Source: Squalus acanthias (lineage: Eukaryota). Taken from it: 64,000 nt of DNA. Below are positions 23,590 to 37,089 of this stretch, in pieces; within the stretch, counting starts at the first letter, position 1, and every line of letters starts with the position of its first letter. Made by a program: the position numbers and the translations under genes. The notes under the pieces are model-generated. The model saw nothing but the letters and a program-made list of their open reading frames with translations. It was not told the origin of the DNA and did no database searches. The stretch spans positions 39,434,001 through 39,498,000 of the forward strand of contig CM059432.1 in NCBI GenBank assembly GCA_030390025.1, in the 5' to 3' direction.

Positions 23590-24043
23590 AAGAAAGAAAG
23601 AAAGACTTTCGCGACCACCGGACGTCCCAAAGCCAGTGAAGCACTTTTTGATGTGTAGTCACTGTTGTAATGTAGGAAACACAGGAAACACAGCAGCCAA
23701 TTTGTGCACAGCAAGCTCCCATAAACAGCAATGTAATAATGACCAGATAATCTGTTTCAGATGTTAATTGAGGGATAAATATTGGTTAAGACAGCGGGGA
23801 GAACTCCCCTGCTCTTCTTCGAAATAGTGCCATAGGATCTTTTACATCCACCTGAGAGAGCAGACGAGGCCTCGGATTAATGTCTCATCTAAAAGGCGGC
23901 ACCTCTGACAGAGCAGCACTCCCTCAGTATGGCACTGGAGTGTCAGCCTAGATTTTTATGCTCAAGTTTCTGGAGTGGGACTTGAACCCACAACCTTCTG
24001 ATGCAAAGGCGAGAGTGCTACCAACTGAGCCACAGCCGACACT
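23590..24043 (-). mobile_element. SacSINE1-like DeuSINE, near full length
   Basis: Reverse complement of 31392-31820; A box TGGCTCAGTTGG, B box GGTTCAAGTCC. Confidence 0.9.
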
Positions 24044-24309
24044 GTGAATGGTTGAATTATGGGCATGAGCTAATGCAGGTCCTTCTGGTTACATTGGCTT
24101 TCATGCATTTTTATCTCAGCCTAGGGCCGGCTTATTAAACGGACCTACAGGACCCGTTCCAGAGGCTGCAGCTAAATATGGGACCCCATGATCTCCCAGG
24201 CACTGCTGCAAGTGATCCAGGATTTGTTTCAGATCTGGATAATGGACGCTAACCGAGAGGGTTTTTGGTCGCTGATTCTTCACGACTGAGCGAGCACAGC
24301 GCAGAAACC

Positions 24310-24580
24310 AATTTAGGGAATTCAGAAGAAACTTCTTTACCCAGAAAGTGGTGAGAATGTGGAACTCACTACCACAGGGAGTGGTTGAAGCGAATAGTAT
24401 AGATGCATTTAAGGAGAGGCTAGACAAGCATATGAGGGGGAAGGGAATAGAGGGTTATGCTGATAGATTTAGATGAGGAAAGACGGGAGACGGCTCGAGT
24501 GGAGCATAAACGCTGGCATGGACTGGTTGGGCTGAATGGCCTGTTTCTGTGCCGTATATCTGATGTAAACCTATGTAATC
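24310..24580 (+). mobile_element. CR1 3' fragment
   Basis: Encodes FRRNFFTQKVVRMWNSLP...FKERLDKHM, followed by a CR1 UTR. Confidence 0.85.
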
Positions 24581-25867
24581 TGAGAGACTCTGGTGTGAAG
24601 AAAGTATGGAGGTAGAATTTGCCATTCGCGTGTCGCACCTGTGGTTTGGGCACTCCTCCCGATTATTGGAATTTCTCACACAAGTTGTGACAGCTTTTGA
24701 TGCCAAATCCTTCCCACTCCCAGTCTCATGCTAACTGCGGTGGTGAAGTTTACAGTGACCTTGATTTATTTTTTTTCCTCCTCATTGCTTTCCTCTCCTG
24801 TTGTTCTCCAGGTAATTAACTTCTCTTGTGAAGTAAAAATCAATATAACTTACTTCATGTTTTGCAGGACACCATTTTTTGTTATTTCACTTTAGATGAA
24901 ATCTGTTAATGTAAGTGTGCTGGCTGGCAGAGGATAACTTAAAGCAGCAAACTATCAATTCTAAACACACAAGGTAGTGTCTCTAAAACTCTTACCTCGA
25001 GGCTGGGTAATATTTTCCCTTAACGCTCTGGATAGGAAGTACCGTACGAGGAGTTTGGAGGGGCCCCCAATGTTCTTAGTGACCAGGACCCTGAGGATTC
25101 TTAATCTGGCTGTGCCTGAGCCAAACAGACATGACATCTGTCCTATTCGTTCTTAACATTGAAGAATACTCTGGACCAATATGTTTGGGTGAGCTCCAAT
25201 GTCAATGATAGCCCTTGTGACTCAAGATATGAAGCTAACCTCATTATACTACCCTACTCTGCTCTACTTGATGAGCCTCTTGTAAAATCAGGACTATTAT
25301 AGATTTATGACAGACATGGGCATTTACTGATTTATCTTTACTAGGAATATGATAACGGTTAACAACATTGGGATGAAGTTATTAAACAGATGAGCTTAAT
25401 TTTCAAAAGCAATATTCTATTAAATCTCCTGATCACGACTTTAGAAGCCCTCTTCTTGATACTAGGGGCTCCCCAACTAAACGTTTATTATGGTTTAAGC
25501 ATATTTGAAGCAAAATATATTGCACGGTACATATTAGAATGTTTAAATGCTGTGGGCTGGTAATTCAGTTTTATTCATAGTTCACTATTTAACCACTTCA
25601 AAGTCAAAGAAGAACTCTGTTCTTGGTGCCAGAGATGGTAAAGTATAGATAGGCAGCGGAAGCGAATGCTCCCCAGTTTTGGGGATGTACAATTAAATTA
25701 CATAAATCCAATGAAAACAAGCTCTGTGCAAATGCTTTTGCAAAGTATTGAGCAAGGAAATGAGCATAAACAAGTCAGTTATTCTATTAATCTGAATCGC
25801 ACACCTAATTCAGAAATAAAATCATAAGCCTCCATATTAATGCATTTTCAACATGCTTATTTTTCTG

Positions 25868-25996
25868 GCAGTTCTGATGAAAGGTAATATTTAAAATGCT
25901 ATCCTGTCTTCACTTTACAGATACTGACAGACCTGCTGTGTATTTACAGCATTTTCTGTTTTTGTTTCATGTTTCCAGCATTTTCAGGTTTTTTTA
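25868..25996 (+). mobile_element. Penelope terminal repeat fragment
   Basis: ctgatgaaagg...acctgctgtgtatttacagcattttctg; helix II/GAAA degenerate. Confidence 0.6.
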
Positions 25997-26389
25997 TTGT
26001 TCTTGTTTATGCCAAAGAACAATTATCCATTAAAGGGACGATTGTACCATCCAGCTGTCCCAGTGGGGAATGGTGCTCACAGGGAGTGGATCTCAGGAAA
26101 TCACAGGCATGCAGCCCATGATTTGCAGTGCATTAATTTTAATGGCCTGGCAATGTCCCAAGATGTGCCCCCTGTGAGTGTCACTCCCCACTGGGAGCAT
26201 CGGATTGTAGGATCACCTCTTAAGTATGAAGATATACTTCTTTATTCAGAGGAAGTTGCAATAGAACAAAAACATACTTCATTGTTTAGAATGAAAGTAG
26301 CTTAAATGAAATATCTTTCCACGTACACACTCGCTGATTCGTTAAATCAGATCGTTCTGTTCTGCAAAGCGCCTTCCTATCCAGACCTC

Positions 26390-26650
26390 CCTATCCAGAT
26401 GCTGTATTAGAGGTGATTCTGCAGGAAGTGCAGGAAAGGAGGGCTGTCCTGTTTGGGTCTCCAGGGCACCTGGCCCACAGGAGAAGTGTGCACTCAGTTT
26501 GGTTGGAAGTAGTTAAAGAGTTAATGCTGTATTCCTCACCCAAATGCCAAAAGAGCATTGAGTAACACAAGTTTAATAGCCTCAGTAAGTCTACCAAGGA
26601 AGGGTTAGCCAGTCTTCCCATATACCAAGCAGATGGACAAATCATGCATG
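26390..26650 (+). mobile_element. Harbinger Myb/SANT-like coding remnant
   Basis: YPDAVLEVILQEVQERRAVLFGSPG...VWLEVVKE...KFNSLSK, with disruptions. Confidence 0.6.
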
Positions 26651-28144
26651 CCTCTTAACCTGTTACACCCTAACTAAGGTTGCGTGCTAAGCCCTCAGAA
26701 CACCTTATAGCTCATTTAAAGCTTCACATTCTGCAGCTGAAAATATCTTACTAGTGGTGTGGTACTGACTATGGAAAAGTCCACTACCACATCTGTGCAG
26801 TGATGCACAATCATTTATCTGAAATGCAGCCCACTATGGAACATGTGGCAACTTCAGGACATCTGCATTGGAGCCTCCAGTGACAGCAGTGGGAGGATCC
26901 AGTATGAGTACTCAACACAGCTGCTATGGAGATCTTGAGCTACAATCTCCAAATGGCTGTCCTATCCAGTTTAAGCGTACTTGGGGGTGGGGGGTCTGAC
27001 TGAGAGAGCAGTTATTCAAGGCTTAACTTCCCCCACTATTGCCCAGAAGTCTGCACATAGAGGCTGTGCCCAGAAGCAGAGATGTGGTTGGAGCAGGTGT
27101 GGATGAGGCTGCTTTCAATCAAGGCACCACTACATCCCGACCATCTAACCCACCAACTCAAATGACAGAAAATGTGCCAGAAAACAACTAGGGCCAGCTA
27201 GCCATTGCAGCAGCTGTGATGGAAACAGTTGCAGGGCCATATCATGACCCAGCATAGAAAGGCAGAGGGCCATTTCAGACCAAAAGGCTCCCACTGATAC
27301 CCAGCAGCTCGCCATCTCATATATTCCTACTACTTGTGGAGAACCCAAAATGCACACAAGGTTAGGTACTATTGCACACATAACATATATGGAGTAATTC
27401 TAAATTCACGCAACTGGCAGTGAGCCTTGCCCATCGGCAAAGCACATTTGAAATTCTTAATGGTCAGAAAGTGCACTGTTTATACCCAAATTTCCAATGT
27501 GTGCTTCCAGTGGGTGAAGCTTCCCACCAGTTGTGTGAAGTCAAAAACTACTCATCTACCATCAATATGGGGAAGCACTGGGGTAAAAAAAAATTAGCCA
27601 TGAACACTAATTAAAATTTAATTTAATAGCACTTTATTTCAACTGTGTCCATCCAGAAGTGAGTGAATGAGTTAATAACTGAGTAAGCGAGTGAATGAAA
27701 GAGTGAATTACTGAATAAGTGAGTAGAAGCAAAGGATATTACTAGTGCTGTAGATGGGGGAGGGCTCTGGCTTTAACTTCTTAACTTCCTCTATGCTCTT
27801 GGTGCTAGTAATGTCCAGTATGATCTCTTCAAAAGCTGTCAAAAGCTTGAAGGTTGGGGCCCTCTTCTGTCTGCATGGTTCCCTTCTTTCAGATGCTCCC
27901 CTACAAACCTCCCAGTGTGCGTGGATGTAAACAAATGTGTATCATGCAGCTAAGTTGTGTTAAAAAGATTTTTGGTGTGATGCCCTTTTAAGATATCAGT
28001 GCAACAAGCATTCCAATGGTAAGTTGCAGTTTGATTGCTGTGGTACAGTTATGCATGGTAAGCAATCGAAGAAATGTAAGGTTGTAGAAGTGCTTTGCAT
28101 GAAGCAGCAATAACTGTGTAATAGGTTGCTAGGCAGTACTTTAT

Positions 28145-28345
28145 GGCATGCATATTTGGGCCATCTACCTGGTAAACGGGCAGTCTTACCTATGCTTTCT
28201 TCAGGTTTCCTCTTTTTACTCGTTTGGTCCTGAGTAGTGCAGGTAATATTGATTCTGGGTGTCACCTTCTTATTGCTGTACTGCTCTCCTCTGGGGTTGG
28301 GTGCCCTTGACTGCCAAGTAGGGCAGACCTCCTTGCACCCATCTC
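28145..28345 (-). mobile_element. Second Harbinger Myb/SANT-like remnant
   Basis: LHEMGARRSALLGSQGH aligns to LQEVQERRAVLFGSPGH; downstream agatgg...atgcatgcc is shared with 26630-26652. Confidence 0.45.
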
Positions 28346-28386
28346 ATGTAGCTTTCCTGTCAGTCATTGTTTGTATGTTTGTAACG

Positions 28387-28613
28387 TTACTTTGGCTACC
28401 CACTGGCTTTGCATTTCAAAGCAGGATCCTTAAAAACATCTTTGTTCACAATGGTCTTATCCAGGGGAGTGTCAACTGCATACCTAGTTGACATCAGATG
28501 GTTGTAGTTGTACACTTTCACAAAGGACTTGATCTTGGCCACCTTCATCTTACCCATTTTGTCAGTCACTTTATGAGGGTAACGATCAAAACCAGCAACA
28601 AGGGCATGACTGT
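28387..28613 (-). pseudogene. RPL27: Processed pseudogene fragment of 60S ribosomal protein L27 (residues ~39-116)
   Basis: The minus strand translates [69 protein letters not shown]. It has a 9-bp deletion, a frameshift/stop near the end, and no intron. Confidence 0.93.
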
Positions 28614-29464
28614 TGCATTATCTCAGCCTGCTGCTTCTTTATCTCGTTTGCTGTCTTTCTGTACCTTTCACTGTCTTCCTACACTGCATGCTCTTTGGCT
28701 TAATCTCCACCCCTTCACACCCTGCTCACCTCTAAATTCTAATTACTAATTGATTCACCTCATTCTTCACATTAGCTTTTTAGTTGCTGTTTGTCATCTT
28801 ATTTGGATTCCGAGGTCCAAATCTACCTTTTGACATTAACTGAAATAATACTTACTGACAGATTTTGAGCATGTTATATTTAAAAGTAATGCCTAACACC
28901 GTTAAAATAAAAGCAAAATACTGTGCCTACAGGAAATCTGAAATAAAAACCAATAAAATAAATTTCCCTGCCTCTAAAACAAAAAGTAAGAAGCTACTAC
29001 TGCAGTAATGCAATAGGGTAATAGGACTGTTAACTGATTTTTTTTAAAGGAAGGAGAGTTAAGGTCACTTAAAGAGTAAGATTGTTTCTGTGTGTTTTTT
29101 TTAAACATTCCTTAACTATCAGACACTGCTGGAGTCCTGTCTTCAGTAAGCTAGGCCCCCAGTAGCATGTTGAATTGCTTTGAGGGACACATAAGTATAT
29201 TTTCACCATTACAACCTGTACCTTTCCGCATTTAAAATGTTCATGGACTTTCTAGGCTCTCCTTACACCTGGTAGTGACGATGATAAATTACATCTGCAG
29301 AGATCTACAGGATCTACGGTAAAGTGCCTAAGTATGCCAGTAATGGAAATGTTGGAATGCGCTGTTGCAGATTTAGCATCAATGATAGTTTTAACTTTAT
29401 TAATAACACTTTTGTGCTCAAACATTCTGTTCTCTGTCACAGTTGCCTTTATTGCTGCAGTGTT

Positions 29465-30712
29465 TTCACTAGTAGTGGAGGCAACCTATTGACATGGGTA
29501 GGGAATTGGTTAGGAGTTAGGAGACGGAGAGTAGGAATAATAGGTATGTATTCCAATTGGCAGGATGTGACTAGTAGTGCCCCCCACCCCGCCCCCCCAC
29601 CCCTACAAGGGGCCTCACTACATTTTCACTATATTTATCAATGACTTAGATGAAGGAATAGACAGCTGTATATCCAAGTTTGCTGATGATACTAAGTTGG
29701 GTGACACAGTAAGTAGAGTAGATGGGAGCAGAAAGTTGTAAATGGACATTTATAGATTAAGTGAGTGGGCAAAACAATGGCAGATGGAGTTCAGTGTGGG
29801 GAAGTGTGAGATCATCCACTTTGGAACTAAGAATATGAGTTTTCTAAATGGTAAGATGCTAGGAACTGTGGTTGGACAGAAAGATTTAGAGGTCCATTTA
29901 CAGGAATCACTAAAAGCTAGTGGATAGGTACAAATAATAATTAAAAAGACTAATGAGATGTTAGCCTTTATCTCAAAGGGCTGGAATACAAAGGGGTAGA
30001 AGTTATGTTACAGTTATATAAAGCTCTGGTTAGACCCCATTTAGAGTACTGTGTTTAGATCTGGGCACCGCACCTCAGGAAGGATATATTGGCCTTGGAG
30101 AGGGTGCAGCGCAGATTCACCAGAATGATACGAGGGCTAAAAAGGTTAAAATATAAGGACAGGTTGCATAGACTAGGCTTGTATTCCCTTGAGCAATGTT
30201 CCCCCTAAGGTGCAGGTCACGCACCAATCAGGAGGTCCTGCACTGGCTGCTCACCAGCTGCTGCCGCTGGAAGATGCCATACAGCAAATTTAAATGGACT
30301 GTGCACTTAGAGGGAACATTGCCCTCGAGTATAAAAGATTAAGAGGTTATCTAATTGAGGTGTTTAAGATGATTAAAGGATTTGATAGGGTAGATAGAGA
30401 TAAACTATTTCATGTGGTGGGGGAGTCCAGAACAAGGGGGCATAACCTTAAAATTAGAGCTAAGCCATTCAAGGTTGATGTCAGGAAACACTTGATCACA
30501 TAAAGGCTTGTGGAAATCTGGAAAACTCTCCCTGAAAAAGCTAGGTCAATGGAAAAAATCAAAATTCAATAGATTTTTGCTAAGTAGTGGTATTAAGGGA
30601 TATGGAGCAAAGGTGGGCAAATGGAGTTGAGGTACAGATCAGCCATGATCTAACAGAATGGTGGAGCACGCTCGAAGGGCTGAATGGCCTATTCCTGTTC
30701 CTATGTTCCTAC
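29465..30712 (+). mobile_element. Degraded CR1 (RT C-terminal half + 3' UTR)
   Basis: [34 protein letters not shown] and SRTRGHNLK, with stops and frameshifts. Confidence 0.9.
30194..30321. mobile_element. hAT-type MITE (128 bp) nested in CR1
   Basis: TIRs CAATGTTCCCCCTAAG and (rc) CAATGTTCCCTCTAAG; 8-bp TSD CCCTTGAG/CCCTCGAG. Confidence 0.88.
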
Positions 30713-31391
30713 TAGCATTACTTCAGTCACCTCTTTCCTCCTTACCTGATTTCTATCCCCTCTGCCAATAGTTATCAGAAACCTTTCATACTGAAGTGTT
30801 ATGTACTAAATCCTCCACCAGTTTCCTCCAGCGTGTAATTCATTCTGTAAGTTCTTCTCACAATCACCTCTGTTTTTCAAATGCTTCCAGGACAGTTTCC
30901 AATAATGCAAGATAAATGAATAGCATTGGTGCTCTTGTGAATAAATAACTCCACATGCTCTGTGCAGCAATGTAAGTGTGGTTTAAATGGAGGACACAAT
31001 ATGACCACATAACATGTGACATGGCTTTAAATGTGTTCCATGCAGTCAGATCCGCAAGTCATGTAAGTACGGTATCACACTGAAATCCAAGTCACTTTCT
31101 GTTTATACAATGAAAACACTGAAAAATGTATGCACTTAATTGTATAAATAGGACACCATACAGGGCCCAGTGTGATACCATATTTTTATAACTCCTGGAT
31201 CCAACTAGACATAACATACTCCTGACACTGTGTTAAATTTTAGTGTGGGCACTTACAGAATCCAGCAGATGCACGCTATTGCCATAGTGTGTTTCTATAA
31301 TTCAATGGGGTCCCATACGATGTGAAAGTACACCAGTTATGGGGCTACTTCCCTTGTATAAAATTATCTATGCAGTCGGCAACCCATTAGT

Positions 31392-31820
31392 ATCAGCCGT
31401 GGCTCAGTGGGCAGCACTGTCAGAAGGTTGTAGGTTGAAGTCCTATCCCAGAGACTTGAGCATAAAAATCTAGGCTGGCACTGCAGTGCAGTGCTGAGGG
31501 AGTGCTGCACTATCGGCAGTGCCGTCTTTTGGATGAGACATTAAACCAAGGCCCCGTCTGCTCTCTCAGGTGGACGTAAAAGGTCCCATGGCACTATTTT
31601 GAAGACAAGCAGGCCAATATTTATCCCTCAATTAACATAACAAAAACAGATTGTCTGGTCATTATCACATTGCTGTTTGTGGGAGCTTGCTGTGCACAAA
31701 TTGGCTGCCATATTTCCTACATTACAACAGTGACTACACTTCAAAAGTACTTCATTGGCTGTAAAGCGCTTTGGGACATCCTGAGGTTGTGAAAGACGCT
31801 ATATAAATGTAAGTGTTTCT
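31392..31820 (+). mobile_element. SacSINE1-like DeuSINE
   Basis: tRNA head (TGGCTCAGTGG), Deu-like core (gctgtttgtgggagcttgctgtgcacaaattggctgcc) and L2-type tail. Confidence 0.9.
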
Positions 31821-32987
31821 TTCCTTCTATTATGTGTTGGTTTGGTTTAAATTCAGAAGGGATTTCCTTATTGTGAGCCTCTTGAGATTTCATTAAAAAA
31901 AGTGCAAAAATAAAAGTTTATTAGACTCAGTGGGATAAATTATATGAGTTTGTGTCCCAGCACAAAGCCTCACTCAATGGGAGGGCTTATTGAACAATAA
32001 GGCATGGGATTCAGTATTCCTGATTCACAGCCCTTCCAATTTTCCAGTTACTAATTTTAATCGAGCGCTGATCAGAGATGAGTTTTATTAATCTCCATAC
32101 ACAATCTCCGCTAGATGTAAGTATGGGTTAGAGATAGAACTATAACACTGTATCCCTGATTCTCCAACCTACACCCTATTTTGACAGTGGAGCTTCAGAG
32201 TTTTGGCCTTATGCCGAGTACACATTAATGCATATTGTAATGCATATAGTTACTGCATGGACAGTACATGCTATTTTTCATGATGCATCACAATCATTTA
32301 GTGCCACAATTAAACTACGCAAGTGCAATTATACAAACCAACACTGTGATCATCTCCTCCAATTTGGATATCACCCTGGCTCTCACTCTATAATTCTCCA
32401 TTATCACCTTCTCAAAGCTGGCAAAGGGTTTTGGTGAACTGTTTAGTAAGCAGTTTATGCATAGTTTGTTGAATATAAAACAGCTTGTCAGCTCAATTTC
32501 TAATAGCTGACAGGATGCATTGAGATTGTCAATTGTATAAGAGCATAATGATTGTTATCAGTCTTTCTCATATGCATCTTTATTTTTTTTCCTTTTGCTC
32601 AACTCTGCTACTTCTTAACAATCTTCATGAGCTCCTTTTGCATCTTGCTGGATAAATATGGTTAGCTATACTGTTTGTTAAACTATTCAAGCAAACACAT
32701 CTGACATCTTCCATGAACTTTGATAGCGATAAATGGACGCCTCAGGTTATTCATGTTTACCCTCGGTGCTCACCTTTGCACTGTTCCTCAAACCAGACAA
32801 CTTCTTAAAGATATCTTTCAAAATGCTGTAGACTGGTGACACCACATTCACTGGCCATGCAATTGGTTCCCACACTTCTTGTAATCTTTGCCTATTTAGG
32901 TCGGTCCTCTCCCCACAAAAGAGCACTTTGTTGACTGTGAGGGCTTTTTATTTTCTCCACTTCCTTTTCAATATCACACAACATTGA

Positions 32988-34373
32988 ATACATAGAAACA
33001 TAGAAACATAGAAGATAGGAGCAGGAGTAGGCCATTCAGCCCCTCGAGCCTGCTCCGCCATTCAATGAGATCATGGCTGATCATCCAAATTCAGTACCCT
33101 GTCCCTGCTTTCTCCCCATATCCCTTGATCCCTTTAGCCTTAAGAAATATATCTAACTCCTTCTTGAATCTATTTAATGAATTGGCCTCAACTGCCTTCT
33201 GTGGTAGAGAATTCCACAGGTTCACCACTCTCTGGGTGAAGAAATTCCTTCTCATCTCAGTCCTAAATGGCTTACCCCTTATCCTTAGACTGTGACCCCT
33301 AGTTCTGGACTCCCCCGCCATCAGGAACATCCTTCCTGCATCTAGTCTGTCTAGTCCTGTTAGAATTTTATAAGTTTCAATGAGATCCCCTCTCATTCTT
33401 CTAAACTCTAGCGAATACAAGCCCAATCGACCCAATCTCTCTTCATACGTCATTCCTGCCATCCCAGGTATCAGTCTGGTAAATCTTCGCTGCACTCCCT
33501 CCATGGCAAGAATATCCTTCCTCAGATAAGGTGACCAAAACTGCACACAATACTCAAGGTGTGGTCTCACCAAGGCCCTGTACAACTGCAGCAAGACATC
33601 CTTGCTCCTGTACTCGAATCCTCTCGCTATGAAGGCCAACATACCATTTGCCTTCTTAACCGTCTGCTGCACCTGCATGCTTACCTTCAGCGACTGGTGC
33701 ACAAGGACACCCAGGTATCGTTGCACTTCCCCTTTTCCCAATCTATTGCCGTTCAGATAATAATCTGCCTTCCTGTTTTTGCCACCAAAGTGGATAACCT
33801 CGCATTTATCCACATTATACTGCATCTGCCATGCATCTGCCCAATCACCCAACCTGTACAAGTCATACTGGAGTTTCTCTGCATCCTCCTCACAGCACAC
33901 ACACCCACCCAGCTTTGTGTTGTCTGCAAACTTGGAGATATTACATCTAGTTCCTTCGTCTAGATCATTAATATATATTGTGAATAACTGGGGTCCTAGC
34001 ACCGATCCCTGCGGTACCCCACTAGTCACTGCCTGCCACTCGGAAAAAGACCCGTTTATTCCAACTCTTTGCTTCCTGTCTGCCAACCAGTTCTCTATCA
34101 AAGTCAGTACCTTACCCCCAATCCCATGTGCTTTAACTTTGCACGCTAATCTCTTATGCGGGACCTTATCGAAAGCCTTCTGAAAGTCCAAATACATCAC
34201 ATCCACTGGTTCTCCCTTATCTATTCTACCAGTTACATCCTCAAAAAATTCCAGTAGATTAGTCAAGCATGATTTACCTTTTGTAAATCCATGTTGACTT
34301 TGTCCGATCCTGTCACTGTTTTCCAAGTGCTCTGCTATTACATCTTTTATAATGGACTCTAGCATCTTCCCCA
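32988..34373 (-). mobile_element. CR1, 5'-truncated, open RT-to-C-terminus frame
   Basis: ORF 33091..34407 has all downstream RT motifs; the catalytic FADD reads FADN; (agaaacat)n tail. Confidence 0.95.
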
Positions 34374-37089
34374 CACAAATCTCCACAGCTGGACTGGCCG
34401 ACAGCATGTTCTTTATATGGCTAACTGTTGGTTCAACCTAGAATAGTATCTCCCGAACACGCATCCCTCATCCCCTGCCTCTGTGCCCAGCTTTGCCAAG
34501 ATTCAATTGACATGGACCAAACTGATTTAATTAGAGGTGTTTTTTCTGAGGCAGGGAAGAGAATAACTATTGAATATTACAGGTTCATGCTACTATTGAT
34601 CTACATTATACCTGGGTAGAGTAATATTCTCTATTATCTGTTATCCAAGTGAGTAAATGTAGAATCATACAGCACAGAAGTAGCCCATTTGGCTCATTGT
34701 GCCTGTGCCAACTCTTTGAAAAAACTATCCAATCAGTCCCACACCCAAACAATATTTCCCAGAATTGTTTTTACCAGATAATAAAAGTACAACTTTCAGA
34801 ACAAAATCAAGAGACAGCATTTGAAGAATATTAATTTCAAAGTTAGGCAGGGTAAGATTCTGAAATCAGCTTTGTTCACGATTAATCTAGTTTGCAGCAA
34901 TAATTATTTGTGCTGTGACCTTATTTCTGAAAACTGTTCTTTAAATTTGAAGGATGATGTGATGCAAGATTTCCTTTTGTAGTTAGATGGCTAGATCATT
35001 TCTAATAGATAGTGATAAAGTTCTCAAACTACACTTAACGACTATAGTAAATGTTTCAAAATAAATATGGAAAATTGTGATGACCTTTACCAGGGACCCC
35101 TTCAGAACCACAAATCAGTCTTTACAACTAAAAATCTATTACATCGAAGTAATTTGAAATCTAAAGATGGGTGCAGGAACTCTGATTAACTAACCTCAAA
35201 AAAACAACTTTGAAGCAATTATTGTTTGATTATGGAGTCATACCATAGACGCACTGTCATCCTGTAAATGAAGTGCTTTCACATTGCTCGTAAAATACTA
35301 CAGATGTTTTACAACGTAAACAGCAAAATCTTGCATAACTGCACCAAACTCTTCAGAGATCAGAAAGATTATTGATAACATTGCATCTCAGTTTTTAAAG
35401 ATAATGAGTTCCAAGGGACATATTTCCTTCGGTGGTTCAGAGATTTGGATATTGGCCCAGCCCCGTGAGTGCATCCTTGTTCAAGGTCAGGTTTAAACAG
35501 AGGTTGGGGGTTGTAACTCAGGCAAGCAGAGTAGATGGAGCCAACGATACTTATCTGTGGCTTGATGTTTGAATAAGGAACATCAAATCATTTCACAGCC
35601 ATGTCATAATCTAAGTCCATGGACACAGGTCCACATTTGTGGAAAGCTTGCATTTGTCAAGGGTGACAGAAAGTTTTTAATTTTATGTCACAAAAGGGTA
35701 AAGGGGTTATATATCTTTTAGTTATCAAGACCAAAAGCTACAGACTACAACAGTCACGTGTTAGAAACTTCAGCACGCAACAAGACATTTCTGTGAACAT
35801 AAATGAAATATAGGTCAGATTTTACAACAGGTACAGAAATGAAATGAAAGTTGACTTTTTAGACTAGGTCATTTGGCTCAGACAATATAGACGCATTGTA
35901 ACACCTTAACTAACAGAAATAAAACATAACAATTCAAGTTACCTGACTAGATTCGTCAGGGTTGAATGTCAAATCACAATCGGAATCAAGATTCCTGATA
36001 GAAATTCAGAGTTACCCATTGCCAGGCTACCATGTACAATTCTGGTGTATTATTGGCAAACTTGGGGCTCAATATCATAATTCAGTTCTTATTTTGCTGA
36101 GACACCAAACGGTTTCAATATCTGATATCTTAACCATACTTTTATTCACTCTATGCAACCTCAAAAATTAGAAAACCTGCGAGGTAATTTACTGACTTCG
36201 TACACTCGACAGGGAGCATAGCCCAGAGTGCACAGCAGAAAACATGCGATGCATGATTTTTCTGACTATTTAAATTAACGGTCAGAAAATTGTGCACAGT
36301 GCTTTCCCAAAATGCCAAAAGCGCTCCCTGAGGGCGAGGCTCCCCACCAGGTGCAAGAAATCGAAAAATTCTTCCTTAGAGTTGTTCCTAAAGCTTAGTT
36401 CCATTTTCATACTGAGCAAATCAATGCATTTATTTTTATTCTAAGTAGATTAATGCCTCTTGCAAATTGCAGAGAGAGGAACTTGATATAAACACATTAA
36501 GCATTTGTGCAATAATATTGCTCACAGTAATTTCCAGGCAATGGACTCTTTCATAGCAAAATGTTCTCTGTCAAAATGAAATTGTGCTCTGCTGTGATAC
36601 AGTTTTGCGGTCAATCTGCACAAGCCAGTCAGTAGACATTAGTCAGCAGTAAATGTTGAATGGCTGTATAACGGTTTTTAATTATGGGTGAATTCATCAG
36701 TGTCGCAGCCAATGAATAAATATTATCCCTAAGTGGCAAGGATTTGGAAACAGAATAAATTACCTGTGTTGAAAGGAAATCTCTGACGCTGTACTTCCGT
36801 ATCATAATCAGGCTTACCCTGCATATGACACTTTCTTCTCCACGTTTCTCCTGCTTTTCCCATAATGAAATGAGTATATTCTTGTCAGAATATTTACAGA
36901 AACAAACAGAGGGGTATATTTTGGTCTATATATAAAATGAAAGAAAATTCCTTTTACTAAACAGGGATTTCAATATTTGCAGTTTATTAATATATATATT
37001 AAACTTTATGCACAAAGCTAAATCTACTCCCATTTTTTTCTTGATATATTATCACTTAAGAACATGGGAATGTATTAGGTCACATTTCC

